Source of the DNA: Candidatus Omnitrophota bacterium
GTDB lineage: Bacteria > Omnitrophota > Gorgyraeia > Zapsychrales > Fredricksoniimonadaceae
Length of the DNA stretch: 64,000 bases
Direction: 5' to 3'
Assembly (NCBI GenBank): GCA_015233145.1
Contig: JADFYI010000004.1
Span: forward strand, 68,821-132,820
Shown here: positions 55,896-64,000 of the stretch, in pieces
Numbering within the stretch: position 1 is the first letter of the stretch
How the letters are laid out: each line of letters opens with the position of its first letter
Translations under genes and position numbers: made by a program
Notes under the pieces: generated by a model
Told to the model about the DNA's origin: nothing
Databases searched by the model: none
The model's input: the letters and a program-made list of their open reading frames with translations, nothing else

Positions 55896-56144
55896 TTCCG
55901 TTGCCTTCGGCAACAAACTACGCCGGTTAGACGAATCCGCAAGAAGAATAACATTAAATATAAATATAAGTCAATGTAAGGAGATAAATAAGAGGGAAAT
56001 TATTTATATCTCTAAGTAGCTGGGAAATAACAACTTAATAGATATTTAACAATGAATAGGAAAAGATTTTCTTGTTTTCTTGATAATTTCACTAGAAAAC
56101 AACGAAAAATTTCGTGGTGAAGGTGGAAACAACCTTCTAGGACA

Positions 56145-56417
56145 TTACGATCCGCACTGTCCTGAGGCTTTCATGGGGCAGGAATCTGCCTTGGCACACG
56201 GTGATGCAGGCTTGTCAGATTTGGGCGCGCTTTTCTTCTTATAATCTGTTTCGTAAAAGCCGCTGCCTTTAAAAATCACGCCGCTTCCAGAACCAATCAG
56301 GCGCGACAATTTCTTCTTGCCGCACTGGGGGCAATCCGTAAGTTTTGGTTCAGCCATAGACTGCAGCGCCTCAAAGGCATGGCCGCAGGCATTGCATTCA
56401 TATTCGTAAGTAGGCAT
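56145..56417 (-). CDS. FmdB-family zinc-ribbon protein
   Basis: True start is MPTYEYECNACGHAFE at ATG 56415-56417, 1 nt after the dnaJ stop. CxxC...CPQCG pair. The longer ORF to 56540 overlaps dnaJ. Confidence 0.75.
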   Translation of the reverse strand: MPTYEYECNACGHAFEALQSMAEPKLTDCPQCGKKKLSRLIGSGSGVIFKGSGFYETDYKKKSAPKSDKPASPCAKADSCPMKASGQCGS

Positions 56418-56418
56418 A

Positions 56419-57567
56419 TTATTTAAACGCTTTCTTGAATTTATCTTTAAACGATGCGGAATTGTTCGCATCTTCTCCGCTGGCCTTGGCAAATTCTTCC
56501 AACAGCCGGCGCTGGTCGCTCGAAAGTTTTTTGGGAACATCCACCATCACACGCACATAAATATCGCCGTAATGGCTCGGGTCATGGACATCCGGCATGC
56601 CCTTAGCCTTAAGGCGAAAAACCTTGCCGCTTTCCGTTCCGGCAGGAATTTTCATGGTCACCGGCCCGCTCAGCGTCTCCACACCTGCTTCCCCGCCAAG
56701 CGCAGCCTTTACAAAACTGACCAGAAGGTCCATCTCAAGGTCATTATGAACCCTGCGGAAACGCGGGTCTGCGGTCACCCGGATATAAAGATACAAATCC
56801 CCTGCGCCGCCCGGGCCAACCTCGCCCTCACCGCGCACGCGCATTTGGGAATCATTATCAAGCCCCTTAGGGAACGTCACATCAATATTGCGTGTGATCC
56901 GCGTATAACCCTGTCCACGGCACGACGGGCAAGACTCCCGAATAACGCGCCCGGCCCCGCGGCAGTCGGGACACGTTTGCGCCAGGCGGAAATAGCCGCT
57001 GTTCATCATCACCTGGCCGCGGCCGCCGCATGTTTCGCAATCCGAAAGCGCAGTCCCGTTTTTGGCGCCATTGCCATGGCAGTCTTGACACACTTCATTG
57101 CGCGGAACCTTGATCGTTTTTTTAGTGCCGCTATAGGCTTCGGCTAAGAGGATTTCCACTTCATACTGAATATCCCGGCCGCGCACCGCACGGCGTTGAC
57201 GCGCCCCGCCACCGCCGCCACCGCCAAATCCAAAGGACGAACCAAAAAACTGTCCCAAAATATCGTCAAGCCCTCCTCCGTCGCCAAAAATGCTCGAAAA
57301 ATCCGCGCCGCGAAAAATATCTTCGGACGTGTAATTCTGGTCTATTCCCGAGTGCCCGTACTGGTCATACGTCTGGCGCTTCTTGGGATCGGAAAGAACA
57401 CCGTACGCCTCGGAAATTTCCTTAAACTTCTCCTCAGCCTGTTTTTTTTCCTTCTCCTCAACACGGTCAGGATGATACCGCATCGCAAGCTGGCGGTAGG
57501 CTTTTTTGACCTCCGCCACATCAGCGTCTTTCTTGATCCCGAGAATTTCGTAATAATCTTTCTTCAT
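56419..57567 (-). CDS. dnaJ: molecular chaperone DnaJ (type I)
   Basis: J domain with HPD, a G/F region and four CxxCxGxG repeats (CQDCHGNG, CETCGGRG, CPDCRGAG, CPSCRGQG). Confidence 0.95.
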   Translation of the reverse strand: MKKDYYEILGIKKDADVAEVKKAYRQLAMRYHPDRVEEKEKKQAEEKFKEISEAYGVLSDPKKRQTYDQYGHSGIDQNYTSEDIFRGADFSSIFGDGGGLDDILGQFFGSSFGFGGGGGGGARQRRAVRGRDIQYEVEILLAEAYSGTKKTIKVPRNEVCQDCHGNGAKNGTALSDCETCGGRGQVMMNSGYFRLAQTCPDCRGAGRVIRESCPSCRGQGYTRITRNIDVTFPKGLDNDSQMRVRGEGEVGPGGAGDLYLYIRVTADPRFRRVHNDLEMDLLVSFVKAALGGEAGVETLSGPVTMKIPAGTESGKVFRLKAKGMPDVHDPSHYGDIYVRVMVDVPKKLSSDQRRLLEEFAKASGEDANNSASFKDKFKKAFK

Positions 57568-59483
57568 TATTTCTTATCGTCCTGAACCTTGAAATCCGCA
57601 TCAATAACATCGTCTTTCTTTCCGGACGGTGAATCATTCTTCTCACCTTGAGACGCATCACCAGACGAGGTTGGCTCTTCAGGCTGCGGCCCAGGCTGCC
57701 CGGCACCCTGCCCCTGAGCGGCCGTGGCCTTATACATTTCCTCGGCAAGCTTGTGGCTCACTTTGGTGAGGGCTTCCATGCCGGACTTGATACGGTCTGC
57801 GGCCTTGTCCTTAATCGCCTGCTTGAGCGTTTCCATTTCTTTTAAAATACTCTCCCGCTCAGCCTGCGGCACTTTATCGCCGTAATCCTTAAGCGCTTTT
57901 TCCGTGGAATACACAAGGGTGTTGGCCTGGTTTTCAAGCTCGGCCGCTTCCTTGCGCTTTTTATCTTCCTCGGCAAACTTTTCCGCCTCTTTGACCATGT
58001 TCTTGATTTCGTCTTCCGAAAGCTTTTTGGGAGACGTGATTTGAATAGACTGTTCCTTGCCTGTGGCCTTGTCTTTGGCATGAACATGCACGATGCCGTT
58101 GACGTCAATATCAAAGGTCACTTCAATCTGCGGGATGCCGCGCGGTGCCGGCGGAATACCCACAAGGTCAAAACGCCCGAGTTCGGTATTGTCGCTCGAC
58201 ATCTGACGCTCGCCCTGAAGGACGCGAATCGTCACAGCCGGCTGATTGTCTTCTGCCGTTGAAAACACCTGGCTCTTTTTGGTGGGAATGGTGGTATTGC
58301 GCTCAATGATCTTGGTAAACACTCCGCCCATGGTTTCAATGCCCAGCGAGAGCGGCGTCACATCGAGCAGAAGCACATCCTTCACCTCGCCCTTGATGAT
58401 CCCGGCCTGAACCGCGGCTCCCAAGGCAACGCATTCCATGGGGTCAATGCCACGCTCGATTTTTTGCCCGGCCTCTTTCTCCACAAAATTCTGCACGATC
58501 GGCATGCGCGTGGGGCCGCCGACCATGATAATTTTATCAATCTTGACTTCTGCGCCTAGCTTGGTTGAGGCGTCTTTCATGGCCTGGCGGATCGGATTGC
58601 GGCATCTCTCCACAATCGGGCTCACAAGGCTCTCCAGTTTTGCGCGGTCCAAAGACAACGCGAGATGCTTGGGTCCTGTGGAATCCGCGGTAATAAACGG
58701 AAGATTGACCTCGGTCTGGATCGTTGAAGACAGTTCGACCTTGGCTTTTTCCGCAGCCTCACGCAGGCGCTGGAAAGCCATTTTGTCTTTCATCAGGTCA
58801 ATGCCGGTTTCTTTCTTGAACTGGTTAACAATGTGCTCAATAAGAACATTGTCCATGTCTGTACCGCCCAGGAGATTGTCTCCGCTGGTGGAAAGGACTT
58901 CAAATGTCCCGCCTTCGCCCATCTCAAGGATGGTCACGTCCAGCGTTCCGCCTCCTAAGTCAAACACCATGATCTTCTGCTCTTTGCCGGCCTTATCAAT
59001 GCCGTAAGCCAGGCACGCAGCCGTCGGCTCGTTAATGATGCGCATGACCTTAAGGCCTGCGATCTCGCCGGCATCTTTGGTCGCCTGGCGCTGGTTGTCG
59101 TTAAAATACGCAGGAACCGTGATCACAGCCCCCTCAACGGTATCGCCCAGATACTTTTCCGCATCAGCCTTGATCTTCTGCAAAATGAACGCGGAAATCT
59201 GCTGGGGCGTATAGTCTTTGCCGAACACGGTGAATTTATGGTCTGTGCCCATCTTGCGCTTGGCGGCATAAACCGTGCCTTCAGAATTAATCGCTGCCTG
59301 ACGACGGGCAGGTTCGCCCACAAGCCGCTGACCGTCTTTCGTAAATGCCACGAAAGAAGGAAATGCCTTGCCGGAAGCCACACCCGCGCCCTCTGCTGAC
59401 GGGACTATGACAGGCCTTCCGCCTTCCATCACAGCCGCAGCTGAATTTGATGTCCCTAAATCAATCCCAATAAACTTTGCCAT
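57567..59483 (-). CDS. dnaK: molecular chaperone DnaK (Hsp70)
   Basis: [19 protein letters not shown] and the remaining Hsp70 blocks. The stop overlaps the dnaJ ATG by 1 nt (TAATG). Confidence 0.95.
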   Translation of the reverse strand: MAKFIGIDLGTSNSAAAVMEGGRPVIVPSAEGAGVASGKAFPSFVAFTKDGQRLVGEPARRQAAINSEGTVYAAKRKMGTDHKFTVFGKDYTPQQISAFILQKIKADAEKYLGDTVEGAVITVPAYFNDNQRQATKDAGEIAGLKVMRIINEPTAACLAYGIDKAGKEQKIMVFDLGGGTLDVTILEMGEGGTFEVLSTSGDNLLGGTDMDNVLIEHIVNQFKKETGIDLMKDKMAFQRLREAAEKAKVELSSTIQTEVNLPFITADSTGPKHLALSLDRAKLESLVSPIVERCRNPIRQAMKDASTKLGAEVKIDKIIMVGGPTRMPIVQNFVEKEAGQKIERGIDPMECVALGAAVQAGIIKGEVKDVLLLDVTPLSLGIETMGGVFTKIIERNTTIPTKKSQVFSTAEDNQPAVTIRVLQGERQMSSDNTELGRFDLVGIPPAPRGIPQIEVTFDIDVNGIVHVHAKDKATGKEQSIQITSPKKLSEDEIKNMVKEAEKFAEEDKKRKEAAELENQANTLVYSTEKALKDYGDKVPQAERESILKEMETLKQAIKDKAADRIKSGMEALTKVSHKLAEEMYKATAAQGQGAGQPGPQPEEPTSSGDASQGEKNDSPSGKKDDVIDADFKVQDDKK

Positions 59484-59528
59484 AAATGCCTCCTATTTTT
59501 GGGGAAAATCACCCCTAATACCTAATAT

Positions 59529-60053
59529 TTATGCCGGTTTCTTTGAAACCTTCACTTTGGCCGTGCGGACAACCCGTCCGCCCAGCGTATATCCTTTTTG
59601 AAAAACTTCGCTCACCGTATCATCCTCGCGGTCGGGAGATTCCTCAACCATCAACGCCTCGTGGCAATTATGGTCAAACTTTTTTCCCAAAGCCTCGATT
59701 TCCCTGACATCATACTTTTTTAACAACTGCTGCATCTTGGCCAGCACCATTTCAAGCCCTTTGATGATCGTGGATACCTCGCCCGGACTGGCCTTGGCCG
59801 CGGCAAGCGAACGTTCAAAATCTTCAAGAAAATTAAGCATCTCAACAATCACTTCTTCATGCGCGTATTTAATGAGCTCCATGCGGTCGCGCTCGTTGCG
59901 CTTTCGCATGTTATCGAATTCGGCAAAAAGCCTGACATACTTGTCTTTCCAGTCCTCAACTTCCAGCTTAAGCTTGTCCGCCTGCGAAAGCTCGGCCGTA
60001 GGCTCCTCGGTGGGCTTGGACGTTTCGGCATGATTCTGATCTTCGTCAGGCAT
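59529..60053 (-). CDS. grpE: nucleotide exchange factor GrpE
   Basis: KYVRLFAEFDNMRKR and the C-terminal GYTLGGRVVRTAKV. Start set at ATG 60053 (AGAGGA about 10 nt upstream); the ORF extension to 60224 overlaps hrcA. Confidence 0.85.
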   Translation of the reverse strand: MPDEDQNHAETSKPTEEPTAELSQADKLKLEVEDWKDKYVRLFAEFDNMRKRNERDRMELIKYAHEEVIVEMLNFLEDFERSLAAAKASPGEVSTIIKGLEMVLAKMQQLLKKYDVREIEALGKKFDHNCHEALMVEESPDREDDTVSEVFQKGYTLGGRVVRTAKVKVSKKPA

Positions 60054-60069
60054 TTCTTTTTTATCCTCT

Positions 60070-60798
60070 TTAAACAATGTCATGCAACACTTCCGAGACA
60101 TATTCCAGCGCAGAAACAACGCGCTCGTAATCCATTCTCGTTGGCCCCAAGACCGCGATACGGCCTGTTGGCCCGCGGCGCATCTCAAACTTTGAAACCG
60201 CCAAGGCGCAACTGTCAAACTCATTGCACGCGGTTTCCTGGCCGATATAAATCTTGATGCGCTTATGAATATCGCGCTGGATCACTTCAATAATCCGTTC
60301 CTTTTCCTCAAGGGCTTTAAGGATCTGTGCCATCTTTTCAATATTGGAAATCCCCACATCATGGGCAATATAACTTAACCCGCGGCAGATATAAGCGCTG
60401 GGAACTCCGTCTAAGGTCACAATACTCGCGCAATGCGTGAGGTCAGACACGATTTCTGTTGTCTTTTCAAGGAGGAACTGCAGTTCTGCAATGCCGGCCC
60501 TGTATTCCTGTTGAACCTGCAAGCGCTCCTCCTCCAAAAGGTTCATTTCATGCATCAGAAAATCAACGTAATATCGGTAACCGCGTTCTGTGGGAAGACG
60601 TCCGGCCGAAGTATGCGGATGGGTCAAATACCCGTCAGATTCAAGTTCCGCCAGAATATTACGGATAGTGGCAGAGCTCACCTCTTCCTCATACTCATCA
60701 GCAATAAAGGCAGAACTCACAGGCGACACTGTTTGAATGTAGTGGCGCACCACGAGCCCCAAAACCGCATCTTTTCTGTGCTGTGCATTATTACGCAT
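60070..60798 (-). CDS. hrcA: heat-inducible repressor HrcA (compact, 242 aa)
   Basis: VSSATIRNILAELESDGYLTHPHTSAGRLPTERGYRYYVD and the C-terminal GRIAVLGPTRMDYERVV. About 100 aa shorter than the roughly 340-aa HrcA of Bacillus as I recall it. Confidence 0.85.
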   Translation of the reverse strand: MRNNAQHRKDAVLGLVVRHYIQTVSPVSSAFIADEYEEEVSSATIRNILAELESDGYLTHPHTSAGRLPTERGYRYYVDFLMHEMNLLEEERLQVQQEYRAGIAELQFLLEKTTEIVSDLTHCASIVTLDGVPSAYICRGLSYIAHDVGISNIEKMAQILKALEEKERIIEVIQRDIHKRIKIYIGQETACNEFDSCALAVSKFEMRRGPTGRIAVLGPTRMDYERVVSALEYVSEVLHDIV

Positions 60799-60830
60799 AA
60801 TTGCCCATCCTTCGTAATCCCAAAGCCCCC

Positions 60831-60888
60831 GAGCCCCCGTTGGGGCTCTGGCGGTCTTCGGGATAATTTTTCAAGAATCCTTGAAAAA
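60831..60888 (-). promoter_or_regulatory. two further hairpins in the hrcA 5' leader
   Basis: TTTTTCAAG-aatc-CTTGAAAAA (60867-60888) abuts the CIRCE element. GAGCCCC-cgtt-GGGGCTC (60831-60848) lies about 33 nt before the hrcA ATG. Confidence 0.4.
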
Positions 60889-60915
60889 TTAGCAGTCTAC
60901 TAGCCAAAGTGCCAA
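60889..60915 (-). promoter_or_regulatory. degenerate CIRCE operator (HrcA site)
   Basis: The minus strand reads TTGGCACTT-tggctagta-GACTGCTAA, against the consensus TTAGCACTC-N9-GAGTGCTAA (15 of 18). It begins 7 nt downstream of the -10 box. Confidence 0.55.
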
Positions 60916-60921
60916 GCGCGC

Positions 60922-60950
60922 ATTATAAAAAAAAGACACCTGTGTGTCAA
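60922..60950 (-). promoter_or_regulatory. sigma70-type promoter, perfect TTGACA-N17-TATAAT, for the hrcA operon
   Basis: The rc of 60945-60950 is TTGACA and the rc of 60922-60927 is TATAAT. The spacer contains a GACAC-ctgt-GTGTC hairpin plus a T8 run, which could also terminate the upstream MORN gene. Confidence 0.6.
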
Positions 60951-60955
60951 CGAAC

Positions 60956-61972
60956 TTATTGTTTGTCCTCATAAAAGTACTGATCGTTCTTAATTTTACC
61001 TGAGGGAAAAAATTCTGTCCGCCTCACCACGCGCCCGGCGATATATTGCTCTTCAGAAAGCCGCAGGCCGCTTTTGTCAAAGTTCTTAAAAATCCCGTCG
61101 CGCTTATCATCCTTAAAAGCGCCTTCACTCTCAAGCTCGCCTGAATCATAATACTCCCTAGCCGAGCCTTGTTTTTGATCATGGATCACCGCAACCACCC
61201 AGTGCAAATTGGCGTTATCAAAATACTCGCGCCAGGCCGGGTCTTCCACCAGGCCGTTTACATAATTTGTTTTCACGCGAAGCCGGCCGTTTTTATAAAA
61301 CATTTTGGCCGGGCCGTTTAATTTATCATTTTCAAAAAACCCGTGTAAAAGGTCTTCACCTGTCGAATAAAACTCTTTGCCGTCACCATGACGAAGCCCG
61401 CCAGACGCTTCGTAAACTCCTTTTAGCCTTCCGTCAGGATAATAGTCGCGGATCTTGCCGTGTTGAACGCCATTTTTATAATCGAGCTCACGCTTGACAC
61501 CTGCCGAAGGATAAAACTCTTTCGTGACCCCGTCTTCCTGGTTATGACGAAAGGGTCGTTCCAAAAGAACAGCCCCGTCATCGCCATATTCTTTTGTAGG
61601 GCCCTCTTTCCAGCCTTCCACAAAAGTTTCCTCAATCTGAATATTCCCGGAAGGGTAATACGTTGTTTTCACACCATGCAGCCGGCCATTGCGATAAGAG
61701 CATTTGAAATGCAGTTTGCCGTCTTCAAAAAACTCTTCGTAAAACCCGTCGACTTTTCCGTTGTTGTATGTGCCTGTGGCTAAAAGACGGCCGTCAGGAT
61801 AAAACAAACGAAAACGGCCATGCGGCACGCCCAGCTGGTACTCAACAGTCCGGACGATGTTGCCTTTGGCGTCATAATCATCGTAGAACCCGTCCTTCAT
61901 GGTCGGCGCGCAAAACGCGCTAACGCACAAGGCCGTTAAAAAAATGATGAGGGTAAGAATGAATTTTTTCAT
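60956..61972 (-). CDS. secreted MORN/YwqK-type repeat protein
   Basis: Signal peptide MKKFILTLIIFLTALCVSAFCAP, followed by about 12 repeats of the G-x-x-x-G-x-x-x-x-Y/F-Y-x-x-G type. Confidence 0.7.
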   Translation of the reverse strand: MKKFILTLIIFLTALCVSAFCAPTMKDGFYDDYDAKGNIVRTVEYQLGVPHGRFRLFYPDGRLLATGTYNNGKVDGFYEEFFEDGKLHFKCSYRNGRLHGVKTTYYPSGNIQIEETFVEGWKEGPTKEYGDDGAVLLERPFRHNQEDGVTKEFYPSAGVKRELDYKNGVQHGKIRDYYPDGRLKGVYEASGGLRHGDGKEFYSTGEDLLHGFFENDKLNGPAKMFYKNGRLRVKTNYVNGLVEDPAWREYFDNANLHWVVAVIHDQKQGSAREYYDSGELESEGAFKDDKRDGIFKNFDKSGLRLSEEQYIAGRVVRRTEFFPSGKIKNDQYFYEDKQ

Positions 61973-62015
61973 GCTTAAATTCATTTTAGCAAACCCCAAC
62001 GACAATGCAATCACG

Positions 62016-64000
62016 TTACCGAATTATCAAAGAACACTCATCCTGGCTCACATCCGCTTTAATAGTCTGGCCTTCCTTCAACTGGCCTTCAAGCACGAGC
62101 AGTGCTATTTTATCCTGCAGTGACGACTGGATCAGCCGCTTTAAAGGCCGCGCCCCGAACTCGGCATCATAACCTTCTTTCGCAAGCCAGGTACGTGCGG
62201 CCGGGCTCACCTGAAGAATGATCTTTTTTTCGCTCAAACGCCTGGAGAGCGTTTCCAGCTGAACATCCACAATCTTCACCATATCTTTTTTCTCGAGGCG
62301 GTTAAAAACAATCACTTCGTCAATCCGGTTTAAAAATTCCGGACGAAACGCCGCGCGCAACGCCTCGCGAACTTTAATTTCCGCTTCCTCATGGCCTTTG
62401 AGAGCCAGCGCGTAATCCGTCCCGATATTGGATGTCATAATCACGATCGTGTTTTTAAAGTTCACGGTACGGCCCTGGCTGTCGGTCAAGCGTCCGTCAT
62501 CCAGAAGCTGAAGAAGCACATGAAAAACATCCGCGTGCGCCTTTTCAATCTCGTCGAACAACACCACACTGTAAGGCCGGCGGCGGACGGCTTCCGTAAG
62601 CTGGCCCCCCTCTTCAAAGCCTACGTACCCTGGCGGCGCGCCGATAAGGCGTGCCACAGAATGCTTTTCCATATACTCGCTCATATCAATGCGGATCATG
62701 GCATTGTCGTCATCAAAAAGAAATCCGGCCAGGGCTTTCGCCAGCTCAGTTTTTCCAACGCCTGTGGGCCCGACAAAAATAAATGAGCCCATGGGCCGGT
62801 TGGGGTCGTTTAAGCCCGCCCGGGAACGCCGCACACACGCGGCCACAAGGCCAAGGGCCGTGTCCTGCCCCACTACGCGCTTTTTAAGGGCCTCCTCGAT
62901 ATGCACGAGTTTTTCACTTTCCCCCTGCAGAAGCTTTTCCAAAGGAATTTTTGTCCACTTGGAAATGACCGAGGCAATATCCTCCTCACTCACTTCCTCT
63001 TTCAAAAGAGGCTTGCCGCCTTGAATCCGCCCAAGCTCCTTGTTTTTAGCCTCAAGTTCCTTGTTAAGCGTGACAAGTTTTCCGTAACGAATTTCGGCGG
63101 CCTTGCCCAAATCGCCGTCGCGTTCCGCCTTTGATTCTTCCACCTTAAACTCTTCCATCCTGGTTTTAATCTGGCGAATCTGGTCAATGACCTCTTTTTC
63201 ATTGTGCCAACGCTCGCGCAGGCCCTTGTTCTCACTTTTTAAAATCACAAGCTGTTCCTCAAGCCTGGCCAACCGTTCACGAGAAGCCTCGTCACTTTCT
63301 TTCTTTAACGCCTGGCGCTCGATCTCAAGCGTCCTGATTTTTCTTTCATTCTGGTCGAGCTCATGGGGCATGCTGTCAATCTCAATGCGCAGCTTGGAAG
63401 CCGCCTCGTCAATGAGGTCAATGGCCTTGTCCGGCAAAAACCTGTCGGAAATATACCGGTCCGACATGACCGCGGCCGCGACAATGGCATTGTCCTGAAT
63501 CCGCACGCCATGATGAATTTCATAACGCTCTTTCAGCCCTCTTAAAATTCCAATGGTGTCCTCCACCGTCGGTTCATTCACAAGAACCGGCTGAAAACGG
63601 CGCTCCAGGGCCGCGTCTTTTTCAATATATTGGCGGTATTCATCAAGTGTTGTTGCGCCCACACAGCGGAGAGTACCCCGGGACAAGGCAGGTTTTAACA
63701 TGTTGGAGGCATCCATGGCGCCATCCACTTTTCCTGCGCCGACAATCGTGTGCAGCTCATCAATAAAAAGAATCACAGCGCCATTTCTGGAGTCAATATC
63801 TTTCAAAACCGCGCGCAAACGCTCTTCAAACTCGCCTCTAAATTTAGTGCCCGCCACAAGAGCCCCCATGTCAAGGGCAATAACACGCTTGTGCTTTAAG
63901 CCTTCAGGAACATCCTGGGAATTGATCCGCTGGGCCAGGCCTTCAATAATGGCTGTTTTTCCAACGCCAGGCTCACCGATCAAAACCGGGTTATTTTTAG
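62016..64000 (-). CDS. clpB: ATP-dependent chaperone ClpB (5' partial, N-terminus beyond the right edge)
   Basis: NBD1 GEPGVGKTA, a long coiled-coil M domain, NBD2 GPTGVGKTE and the sensor GARPLKR. The frame stays open to nt 64000. Confidence 0.9.
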   Translation of the reverse strand, partial: KNNPVLIGEPGVGKTAIIEGLAQRINSQDVPEGLKHKRVIALDMGALVAGTKFRGEFEERLRAVLKDIDSRNGAVILFIDELHTIVGAGKVDGAMDASNMLKPALSRGTLRCVGATTLDEYRQYIEKDAALERRFQPVLVNEPTVEDTIGILRGLKERYEIHHGVRIQDNAIVAAAVMSDRYISDRFLPDKAIDLIDEAASKLRIEIDSMPHELDQNERKIRTLEIERQALKKESDEASRERLARLEEQLVILKSENKGLRERWHNEKEVIDQIRQIKTRMEEFKVEESKAERDGDLGKAAEIRYGKLVTLNKELEAKNKELGRIQGGKPLLKEEVSEEDIASVISKWTKIPLEKLLQGESEKLVHIEEALKKRVVGQDTALGLVAACVRRSRAGLNDPNRPMGSFIFVGPTGVGKTELAKALAGFLFDDDNAMIRIDMSEYMEKHSVARLIGAPPGYVGFEEGGQLTEAVRRRPYSVVLFDEIEKAHADVFHVLLQLLDDGRLTDSQGRTVNFKNTIVIMTSNIGTDYALALKGHEEAEIKVREALRAAFRPEFLNRIDEVIVFNRLEKKDMVKIVDVQLETLSRRLSEKKIILQVSPAARTWLAKEGYDAEFGARPLKRLIQSSLQDKIALLVLEGQLKEGQTIKADVSQDECSLIIR

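Noticed and set aside
56418-56540. N-terminal extensions of longest ORFs that create large overlaps: zinc ribbon to 56540, grpE to 60224, ABC to 8596, peptidase to 9318, ugd to 42803, methyltransferase to 24324, and the large protein to 55916.
   Set aside because: Internal ATG codons coincide with the conserved protein N-termini and sit a few nt after the upstream stop codon, often with a Shine-Dalgarno. Several ORF-track starts are TTG or GTG. I trimmed them in the feature table.
60956-61972. The MORN/YwqK-repeat protein as a toxin-antitoxin antitoxin component.
   Set aside because: It has a clear signal peptide, no toxin-like partner gene, and is flanked by clpB and hrcA. It is more likely a periplasmic or secreted repeat protein.

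Overview
All annotation was done by eye from the sequence and the ORF track, so start codons are best estimates and no database search was run. The window holds about 56 credible protein-coding genes, and every one is on the minus strand. I found no rRNA, tRNA, CRISPR array, transposase or integrase. LptD, a GT9 heptosyltransferase and GmhB point to a diderm bacterium, probably uncultivated; the lineage cannot be set from sequence alone.

Layout, in transcription order from right to left:
- **62.0-64.0 kb:** partial clpB.
- **61.0-62.0 kb:** a secreted MORN/YwqK-repeat protein.
- **56.1-60.8 kb:** hrcA-grpE-dnaK-dnaJ plus an FmdB-type zinc-ribbon gene, behind a consensus sigma70 promoter and a degenerate CIRCE element.
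- **51.7-55.9 kb:** a secreted modular protein of about 1400 aa with no domain I can name.
- **46.0-51.6 kb:** DUF1015, accD, an orphan MalK-like ATPase and two tandem GAF-GGDEF cyclases.
- **17.1-45.9 kb:** an essentially gapless envelope-glycan array of about 29 kb. It contains a ROK kinase, lptD, ugd, a second NDP-sugar dehydrogenase and a UXS-like decarboxylase. It also carries a GDP-heptose-type module (HddA/HddC-like, a ColD-like His-variant DegT protein, a B12-radical SAM, two SDRs and a minimal split ThDP enzyme). The remainder comprises an MsbA-like ABC exporter (a second lies in the 0-9.9 kb operon), GT4/GT2/GT9/GT28 transferases, methyltransferases, a radical SAM/SPASM protein and gmhB. 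It ends in a PriA homologue that has lost its helicase and zinc-finger motifs.
- **10.0-17.0 kb:** fmt, two unassigned membrane proteins, gap and metF.
- **0-9.9 kb:** an operon headed by a perfect TTGACA-N16-TATAAT promoter with an overlapping palindromic operator. It encodes a wHTH regulator, a pro-region-less papain-like C1 peptidase, an ABC exporter, pseB/pseC and non-canonical downstream sugar enzymes.

Most interesting: the heptose-modification module, the modular secreted protein, the motif-dead PriA, and several non-coding dyads and repeats.
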